Source: Bacteriovoracaceae bacterium (lineage in GTDB: Bacteria; Bdellovibrionota; Bacteriovoracia; Bacteriovoracales; Bacteriovoracaceae). Taken from it: 22,185 bases of DNA. The stretch is taken from assembly GCA_041586955.1 (NCBI GenBank), contig JBFGZE010000055.1, forward strand, positions 1-22,185. Reading direction: 5' to 3'. The notes beneath the pieces were generated by a model that saw nothing but the letters and a program-made list of their open reading frames with translations, searched no databases and was not told the DNA's origin. Both the position numbers and the translations under genes were made by a program. This document shows, piece by piece, positions 15,882-22,185 of the stretch. How positions within the stretch are numbered: position 1 is the first letter of the stretch; every line of letters begins with the position of its first letter.

Positions 15882-17030
15882 TTAGAACCAGTAATGAACG
15901 GCAACGTTTGTCATTAGGTTGTCAAGCTGAAGCACCCCACCACCAGCTGAACCAATCATACCGTCAACTTTTAACTTACCAAAGTTAAGAGTTGCACCAG
16001 CATTAACACTTGTTGTATCAGTTTGACTGATCTTAGTTGTTGTTGGAGTGGCTGAGCTAACCTTTGTCTCTTGACTATTGATAATCACGAGTTGTCTAAT
16101 TGAGCCTCGAAGAGTCAACCAAGAGTTCGCATCGGCTTCAAAACCAATTGTTAGTGGAAGTGAAGATGTTGTTACTTCAGTGTTTAAAGTAGTAGTTGTT
16201 CCATTCTTATCTTCAGCTTTAACAGAAGAATAAGCAAGATCCATGAACATTCTTGAAGTAGAAGAGACTTCATGAATACGGCCAACACCTACAGTAATTG
16301 TATCTTGTGAAGTTTCATTTTTAGCAGTCGCATCGGCTGTGTATTCAGCACCAACAGAGTCATAATCGACGAAGAAAGTATACGAACCCATACCATAAGA
16401 AGCACCAAGATTAAGACCAGAAGCTTCCCATTTGTCATTAGCGTTAGCAGCGCCAACAGCGCCAGTGTTTTCATCCTTAATAGTCATATTTGCATAACCA
16501 TTTATGGCACCAAAAGTCACACCAAGACCCAGACCCATTGATGATTGCTCGGCCTTAACAGCTGGAGTGCCACTTTCATTGTTTCCAGCAGCGTAGTCTA
16601 AACGAACACCCCACTGAAAGCCCATATCACCGGCAATAAAAAGATCGATCTGGTTGTCACGACCAACAAAGTTTGCATTACCCATAGCGCCTGTAGTTGT
16701 ACTTGCATAACCACCGGCGGTAGATTGTGTTCGAATAACTTCTTGCTCATTAACTGAAGAGTTTAAATAAGCACCATAAGAGAATGATCCCGTATTTCTG
16801 AAAAAACCACCTTCAGCATTTGGAGTAGCATCGGCCGTACCCCATTCAGTCACAACATAATTATTCATTGTGTTGACCATGGCAGGATTTAGGAATATCC
16901 CCCGAGAGTCTTCAATGTAAAGTGACCCTTTAGCATCATCTTGACCTAAAGCAGTCATTCTTGATCTTGTGGCATTTGCACTTGTAGCAAGTAATGCTAA
17001 ACCAGTAGCAATCAATACTTGTTTTTTCAT
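15882..17030 (-). CDS. PopA/Bd0427-like major outer-membrane beta-barrel, paralog 1
   Basis: AAGGAG RBS; signal peptide ending ANA; ATRSRM.ALG, EWG, PNAEGGF; C-terminal YWF; colinear motifs with 14583..15758. Confidence 0.78.
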   Translation of the reverse strand: MKKQVLIATGLALLATSANATRSRMTALGQDDAKGSLYIEDSRGIFLNPAMVNTMNNYVVTEWGTADATPNAEGGFFRNTGSFSYGAYLNSSVNEQEVIRTQSTAGGYASTTTGAMGNANFVGRDNQIDLFIAGDMGFQWGVRLDYAAGNNESGTPAVKAEQSSMGLGLGVTFGAINGYANMTIKDENTGAVGAANANDKWEASGLNLGASYGMGSYTFFVDYDSVGAEYTADATAKNETSQDTITVGVGRIHEVSSTSRMFMDLAYSSVKAEDKNGTTTTLNTEVTTSSLPLTIGFEADANSWLTLRGSIRQLVIINSQETKVSSATPTTTKISQTDTTSVNAGATLNFGKLKVDGMIGSAGGGVLQLDNLMTNVAVHYWF

Positions 17031-17121
17031 CTATCTTCTCCTTGAATTACTTGATTACAATTCGTGTGTAATCTCATTATTAAAACTAACCTAAGTTCTT
17101 TAATACGATACTAATACCCAA

Positions 17122-17150
17122 ATTGTCTGCTTCCCCGATATAAAAGTCAA
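17122..17150 (-). promoter_or_regulatory. Sigma70-like promoter TTGACT-N17-GACAAT
   Basis: TTGACT 17150-17145, 17-nt spacer, GACAAT 17127-17122. Confidence 0.6.
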
Positions 17151-17184
17151 CAGGTTATGGGCAAAAAAAAACCATCTAAAATCA

Positions 17185-18318
17185 TTATTGACAATGCTGG
17201 GCAAGGCTTACCAGTCCTCGGGCGAGGAAGTGAATCGACTCGGGGAGAATTTCGTCTCTCCCCTCGCCTGCTGTGAGACGCTCAATCGGTGCATTAACAC
17301 TGACCATTTTTAAATGAGGAAAAGTTTTATGCCACATTTCATGACAATCTTTATCAAGAATTAAACTGGGGGTATTATCCATAATTTTAATATATTCGCT
17401 GTAAGAAATAGTTTTAAATTTTTCACAAATTTTTTCCAATTGACGCTTAAGAATCCTAATTTTTCGCCCTACTTCTTCCTCATTGGTTTGATCTGGGTCC
17501 ATAAAGGTCACAAATTCGGCCCATTGTTTATTCTCTTCGGTGTGAAATTCACCAATAAAATGACCCCATTCATGGGTATAACTTAAAGGAATAAAGAGCG
17601 TGGACTTTTCCTCCATTAGGACTTCTTCAAACTCAAAGCGCACCACCAAACTTAAGGGCGCATGGGTCTGATCACAGTATTCCACTAGCTCTATTGGCAA
17701 TTCATTTTTAGCAGCATAATGCTCTAAGAATTCTTTTGGTGATTGCGCCCAATAAAGAGTTGTACATTGAATGGTAATGCCTTGAGTGCAGGTTACGTGA
17801 AAATGTACTGGTTCTACCAAGTCTTCAGGTTCCACTTTCTTCACCTGAGAGACATTCCCATCGATCCGCGCTTGATTAAGGCCTTCAAGAAATCCATCTT
17901 CTTTAAGAAAGGGAAATAATTGATTCCAATCGATCTCTGTTCGTGGGTCGGTATAAAATGTTTCACAAAACTGCAAGGCCCCTGATTTAGACCGGCCACC
18001 AAACTTTCTAAACTTCATATCCTTGTAAAAAACAGAAGGGGCCACCCCCTTTTCCACTTGCAGGTCAGGATAAAAGCGAGCAACAGCTTCAATATTACGA
18101 GTGCCTCTTAAGGCGGAAGGCCCCCACCAACGCAAATCATTTTGCTCAAAGGGACGAGAGGAAATGATCGAGACTTTATCGGCACCATATTTTTGGCAAG
18201 CACGATGAAAAGCGGCCATCGCAAAAAGATCATCTCCAACCACAATAATGGGTCTAAATTGAGTTTCAATTTTTAAATGGTTCTCTTTTTTTAATGCTAA
18301 AATATGGCCGTAAGACAT
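17185..18318 (-). CDS. Hypothetical protein with a degenerate FAD/NAD Rossmann-like fold
   Basis: AGGAG RBS before ATG 18318; IIVVGDDLFAMAAF...KVSII resembles beta1-alphaA-beta2 without GxGxxG; extended -10 TGGTAGAAT at 18351-18343. Confidence 0.6.
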   Translation of the reverse strand: MSYGHILALKKENHLKIETQFRPIIVVGDDLFAMAAFHRACQKYGADKVSIISSRPFEQNDLRWWGPSALRGTRNIEAVARFYPDLQVEKGVAPSVFYKDMKFRKFGGRSKSGALQFCETFYTDPRTEIDWNQLFPFLKEDGFLEGLNQARIDGNVSQVKKVEPEDLVEPVHFHVTCTQGITIQCTTLYWAQSPKEFLEHYAAKNELPIELVEYCDQTHAPLSLVVRFEFEEVLMEEKSTLFIPLSYTHEWGHFIGEFHTEENKQWAEFVTFMDPDQTNEEEVGRKIRILKRQLEKICEKFKTISYSEYIKIMDNTPSLILDKDCHEMWHKTFPHLKMVSVNAPIERLTAGEGRDEILPESIHFLARGLVSLAQHCQ

Positions 18319-18404
18319 AAACTCTCCTGGAATGAACACGAAATTCTACCAAAGCTTATGCCTAAAAGAAAAGATGAAATCGGGACTATAGGCCCCTGAA
18401 GCCC

Positions 18405-19931
18405 TTAACGCACCACAAGACGATCGCCGGCCCTAATCATTCTTCTTTTAATGATTTTAAGGTTAGAAGCGATTAACGTATCGACTGAAACATTGAATTT
18501 TCGTGAAACCGTCCACAGGGAATCTCCACGGCGCACAGTATAGTATTCTTTCGGCGCTTTAATTCTCTTCCCACGAGTAATCGCTCTTTTAATCCGGGAG
18601 CGATATTTACGGCGACGGCGAATCGAGCGTCTTGGCCTTTCATAGAGATCAGCATACATCGGCGCGCGTACAGATTGACCTGATTTAAAAGGTAGAGAAA
18701 CCAGAGCTCCTCTTTTTAACCGAGCATTAGCACTTATACCATTAAGATCGGTTAGCACTGTTTTTGATTTGATTTTAAATTTCTTAGCGACATCTTTTAA
18801 CTGAGTGCGGCGACCTCGCACTTTATAGGTCATGAATTCTGTCGCTTTATAATTGAGTTCTTGGCAGCACTCGGCAAATGTTTTGGCCTCGCCCACTGGT
18901 ACCCGCAATTTATAATTCCCACCGTTAATTGGCGTGAACCAGCGTAGAATCTCAGGGTTAAGATATTGAACCTCTTCAAAATCGAGCTTCATATCCTTGG
19001 CCAATTTCATTAAGTCTGTACCGGCAGGCACATCAATTTCGTCAAAATCTAAAGGTTCGTGAAAATCGATATCCTCAAATCCAAATGACCTTAAATTTTT
19101 ACCGATAATGGCGAGGGCCATTATTTTGGGAACATAATTTTTAGTTTCCCGCTTTAAATAACGGCCTTTCGATAATTTCCAAAAATTTTCTGTTCTATAG
19201 CGGCGAATGGCGCGAGATACTTTCCCCTCACCCGCGTTATAAGCAGCGGCGGCCAATTCCCAAGCCCCAAATTCTTGATATAGTTTTTTAAGATAAAGAG
19301 AAGCGGCAATGGTCGCCTTAATAGGATCACGTCTTTCATCCACGTACCAATCTATTTTTAGTCCAAAGCGACGGCCAGTATAAGGCATAAATTGCCATGG
19401 GCCCACAGCACGCGCCCAACTCTTGGCAGTATTAGTGAAGCCACTTTCCGCCATGGCCAAAAAGATCAGGTCACGAGGTAAACCATTCTCTGATAAGATC
19501 TTACCCAATAGTGGTGCGTAGCGACCCGCACGAGCTGAATAGCGCTCAAAGAATCCTCGTCCGCGGTTAAGAAAAAAGTTAATCCATTTCTTAACAGCAG
19601 GGTTATAAACCACTGGGATATCAAAATAATAATTATCTAACTTAAGATGTTCAGCACCATGAAGGTAATAGGTTCTAGTCTCATGGTTTAGTGGCTTTTT
19701 AATGGCGGCCGAACCCACAATACGGGATGTATCTTTTTGTTCGTGCGCCTGTATCCTCGCCACAGTTGTATGACGACGGTTCCCCGTCATCTGCTTGGCC
19801 TCTTCCTTAGTCGGAAGTGAAGATATGGTTACCTTATCTGAAGAGTTGGCCGGATCCTGAGTTGTCGTTTGATTTTGGGAGCAGCTAAATAGCAACAGTA
19901 AGGCCATAGGCCCAATCCAACTTCTCTTCAT
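18405..19931 (-). CDS. mltD: MltD-like lytic transglycosylase lipoprotein (SLT + LysM)
   Basis: Lipobox LLFSC; LAMAESG catalytic Glu, GPWQFM, DERRDP, AAYNAGEG, ETKNYVPK; C-terminal LysM YTVRRGDSLW. Start uncertain (19931/19943/19961). Confidence 0.88.
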   Translation of the reverse strand: MKRSWIGPMALLLLFSCSQNQTTTQDPANSSDKVTISSLPTKEEAKQMTGNRRHTTVARIQAHEQKDTSRIVGSAAIKKPLNHETRTYYLHGAEHLKLDNYYFDIPVVYNPAVKKWINFFLNRGRGFFERYSARAGRYAPLLGKILSENGLPRDLIFLAMAESGFTNTAKSWARAVGPWQFMPYTGRRFGLKIDWYVDERRDPIKATIAASLYLKKLYQEFGAWELAAAAYNAGEGKVSRAIRRYRTENFWKLSKGRYLKRETKNYVPKIMALAIIGKNLRSFGFEDIDFHEPLDFDEIDVPAGTDLMKLAKDMKLDFEEVQYLNPEILRWFTPINGGNYKLRVPVGEAKTFAECCQELNYKATEFMTYKVRGRRTQLKDVAKKFKIKSKTVLTDLNGISANARLKRGALVSLPFKSGQSVRAPMYADLYERPRRSIRRRRKYRSRIKRAITRGKRIKAPKEYYTVRRGDSLWTVSRKFNVSVDTLIASNLKIIKRRMIRAGDRLVVR

Positions 19932-19984
19932 TCCTAACCTCATCCTGATGTTCTTTTTCACTTTAATACAATCTCCCCAGGTCT

Positions 19985-20013
19985 ATTGTCCTATGGGGGT
20001 TTCTTTGGGTCAA
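19985..20013 (-). promoter_or_regulatory. Sigma70-like promoter TTGACC-N17-GACAAT
   Basis: TTGACC 20013-20008, 17-nt spacer, GACAAT 19990-19985. Confidence 0.55.
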
Positions 20014-20069
20014 ATTAACAATTTATTTATAATAATCTACCACTCTTTACACGGCCAAATTGTTAATTT
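20012..20069. repeat. 13-bp perfect inverted repeat with a 32-bp spacer upstream of mltD
   Basis: AAATTAACAATTT (20012-20024) and AAATTGTTAATTT (20057-20069). Confidence 0.6.
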
Positions 20070-20108
20070 TTCGTCAAGTTTCCCAAATGCCCTGAATTTA
20101 TGGGCAAT

Positions 20109-21389
20109 TTAACTCTTTACTTCATCGCTGGCAATAGCGCCCCTATCAGCATTTTTTTTGACATGCATATCGACAATAACGGTTCCGACACAATCGCCAA
20201 AGACGTTTACTGTGGTGCGGAACATATCTAATAAGCGGTCTACCGCCAAAATGAGTCCGATACCTTCAATTGGTAGGCCCACGGCCCCTAAGACAATACT
20301 CATGGTAATCAGCCCAGCACCAGGAATGGCGGCAGCGCCAATTGCTGCGAGAGAAGCGGTCATAAAAATAATGATCTGCTGACCAATACTTAAATCAATT
20401 CCGTAAGCTTGTGCGATAAAGATAGCGGCAACAGATTCATAAAGAGCTGTTCCGTCCATATTGATGGTGGCACCCAGCGGCAAAACAAATTTTGCGGTAT
20501 CCTGATCGACGCCTAAATTCTCTTCCACGGCGGTCATCGTTATCGGCAGGGTGGCCGCAGAAGAAGAGGTGGAAAAGGCGGTCAATAGCGGAGCACTGAG
20601 TGCTTGAAGGATAAACCAAGGAGACTTTTTCAATTTCGCCGATGCCAAAAACATCAAAAAACAAGCGTGACACAAAAGTCCTATTAAAACTGCAGCTATA
20701 TATTTTGAAAGGGAAATAATGGCGGTGAAGCCACTTTTCGCCATCACATCTAACATTAAAACAAAGATCCCAATGGGAGCAAATTTCATAATGACATGAG
20801 TCAACCGGAGAGACATTTTCTCAACTGAGTCCATTAAAGTGACTACTGGTTGAGATTCTTTACGCATATACAGAGCAACCGCCCCAAACATCAAAGCAAA
20901 GACGATAATCTGTAAAACTTTGGCATTGGCGAGAGCATTAACAGGATTGGTGGGAACCGCTGAGATAATCACTCCCAGAATCGTTTCATAGAGTCCACCT
21001 TGACCTTGCACTTTCTCGCTCATGCTCGTTGATAAACCCTCAAGACCTTGTGACCCTAGGTCTGCGCCAACACCAGGCTGAATGAGATTAACAAAAATCA
21101 GACCGACAAAAACGGCTAGCGCTGTGGTGAGAAAATAATAAACCACCGCTCGCCGCCCCATGGTACCAAGCGCTTCTGGAGTTCCCAAATTAATCATCGA
21201 CATAAAGATGGAAGAAAAGACCAGAGGTACAATCACCATTTTTAAAAGCCTGATGAAAATTGTCCCTAGTGGTTTAACGTAGACGACGTACTCTCCGGCG
21301 CTCGCGAAGTGGATAATGAGTCCAATAATGAGACCGGTAATCATGGCAATAGCAATTCTTCTTGCTTCTTTACTGCTTGCTTCCTGCAT
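20109..21389 (-). CDS. Dicarboxylate/amino acid:cation symporter (GltP/GltT, DAACS family)
   Basis: FIRLLKMVIVPLVF, FSTSSSAATLP, GATINMDGTALYE, AVDRLLDMFRTTVN (TM8 Arg consistent with acidic amino-acid substrates). Start 21389 or 21407. Confidence 0.93.
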   Translation of the reverse strand: MQEASSKEARRIAIAMITGLIIGLIIHFASAGEYVVYVKPLGTIFIRLLKMVIVPLVFSSIFMSMINLGTPEALGTMGRRAVVYYFLTTALAVFVGLIFVNLIQPGVGADLGSQGLEGLSTSMSEKVQGQGGLYETILGVIISAVPTNPVNALANAKVLQIIVFALMFGAVALYMRKESQPVVTLMDSVEKMSLRLTHVIMKFAPIGIFVLMLDVMAKSGFTAIISLSKYIAAVLIGLLCHACFLMFLASAKLKKSPWFILQALSAPLLTAFSTSSSAATLPITMTAVEENLGVDQDTAKFVLPLGATINMDGTALYESVAAIFIAQAYGIDLSIGQQIIIFMTASLAAIGAAAIPGAGLITMSIVLGAVGLPIEGIGLILAVDRLLDMFRTTVNVFGDCVGTVIVDMHVKKNADRGAIASDEVKS

Positions 21390-21485
21390 TTCTTGCCCCC
21401 GAGGCATTTGAATGTGAGATCTTTGCTAAAATTTATTTAATTCTAATAGTACTAGATATTATAGCCAAAGAAAGTAATTTATAGC

Positions 21486-22028
21486 ATGGGAAAATTCATA
21501 ATATTTATAAATAATTTCACTCTCCTTGCTATCACCTTCCTATCATTAGATATAGTCGCCTTAGTTACACCACAAAACTATAATTTTTCTTTAGATAATC
21601 TGGCCCCTTATTACCCCAATCAAAAATTCTCTGAACTGATTAAGACTAAAAAAGGTGCGGAGTTAATAAGAGAAAATGGCGAAACCAAACTCTATCGCTT
21701 CTATGTCGCCCAATTGCGGTATAAATTCCCCGTTTTCGTGCAAGTCCAAAATGATACTATCCTCGACACCTTCGCGAAATTGCCCACCTATTTCTTGCAC
21801 GACCTTTTTCATCAATCTCTCATCGATCGCTACGGCCAACAAAATTATTATAAGAAGAAAGAGATGAGCGCTCTTTATCGTTGGGATAAATTGCCCGATT
21901 TTACCATTACCTATTTGGGCAGTTGTACTATCACCTGCTTTCCGCAATACTTGAGTATCGCCACCAAAAAGCAACAAGACTTTAAAACGTTGCCTGACCT
22001 TATCAATGGCATCACTACTGAAGAATAG
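21486..22028 (+). CDS. Hypothetical exported protein with a CTITC motif
   Basis: 180-aa ORF filling the gap between gltP and lgt; hydrophobic N-terminus; no family recognised. Confidence 0.6.
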   Translation: MGKFIIFINNFTLLAITFLSLDIVALVTPQNYNFSLDNLAPYYPNQKFSELIKTKKGAELIRENGETKLYRFYVAQLRYKFPVFVQVQNDTILDTFAKLPTYFLHDLFHQSLIDRYGQQNYYKKKEMSALYRWDKLPDFTITYLGSCTITCFPQYLSIATKKQQDFKTLPDLINGITTEE

Positions 22029-22043
22029 GCCTTGAGTTACTTC

Positions 22044-22185
22044 TTAAATCTCTAGTTTTCTTTTTGTTGAAAAATAAAAATGAAGGATTCCCGCCAAGAC
22101 CATAATCATACAAAGAATTTGGCCCATGGTTGTTGTTCCACCGAAATAATATCCCAATTGAGAATCGGCTTCGCGGAAAAATTCG
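22044..22185 (-). CDS. lgt: Prolipoprotein diacylglyceryl transferase, C-terminal end (partial; not in ORF track)
   Basis: Manual translation [46 protein letters not shown], matching the Lgt EFFREPD and TMGQ.L motifs. Confidence 0.85.
   Translation of the reverse strand, partial: EFFREADSQLGYYFGGTTTMGQILCMIMVLAGILHFYFSTKRKLEI

Noticed and set aside
20791..20803. ATGACATGAGTCA, identical to 13 bp of the cco operator
   Set aside because: Lies deep inside the symporter CDS with no associated -10; a 13-bp match somewhere in 22 kb is expected by chance.
507..21977. Short alternative-frame and antisense ORFs in the track (e.g. 507..806, 1044..1364, 13724..14113, 21663..21977)
   Set aside because: All are fully nested in well-supported genes and lack motifs or RBSs; treated as shadow ORFs.
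1..22185. CRISPR arrays, IS/transposases, prophage or defence genes, tRNA/rRNA
   Set aside because: No regularly spaced repeats, terminal inverted repeats with a transposase, or corresponding protein/RNA motifs were seen.

Overview
Ordinary-looking, AT-rich bacterial chromosomal window with no mobile element, CRISPR array or rRNA/tRNA. It is most consistent with a Bdellovibrionota predator (Bacteriovorax/Halobacteriovorax-like), inferred from two PopA/Bd0427-type outer-membrane proteins and a fused CcoNO. Left to right: pepA (5'-truncated), trmL, an HTTM-type membrane protein with an inserted DCC1/DUF393 CxxC domain, a structured intergenic element (candidate sRNA), a V8-like serine protease and a DUF4097-type protein. 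Next comes a cbb3 oxidase operon on the minus strand (ccoI-ccoS-ccoNO-ccoQ-ccoP-ccoG-DsbD_2/TauE; ccoS and ccoQ are missing from the ORF track, and there is no ccoH), a divergent very basic cytochrome c, a stand-alone cNMP-fold protein and an FNR-type regulator. The window ends with two tandem PopA-like porins, a degenerate FAD-fold protein, an MltD-like transglycosylase, a GltP/GltT-family symporter, a hypothetical gene and the 3' end of lgt. The most interesting readable structure is a compact microaerobic regulatory circuit. An FNR-like protein with an altered recognition helix (ETLIR) is accompanied by four copies of a non-canonical ATGA(C/T)-N4-(G/A)TCA(T/C) box. Three sit at class II (-41.5-like) spacing from -10 hexamers: one drives a bidirectional cco/cytochrome c promoter, one a leaderless HTH-less CRP-fold gene, and one the regulator itself. 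All promoter and RNA calls are by-eye predictions.
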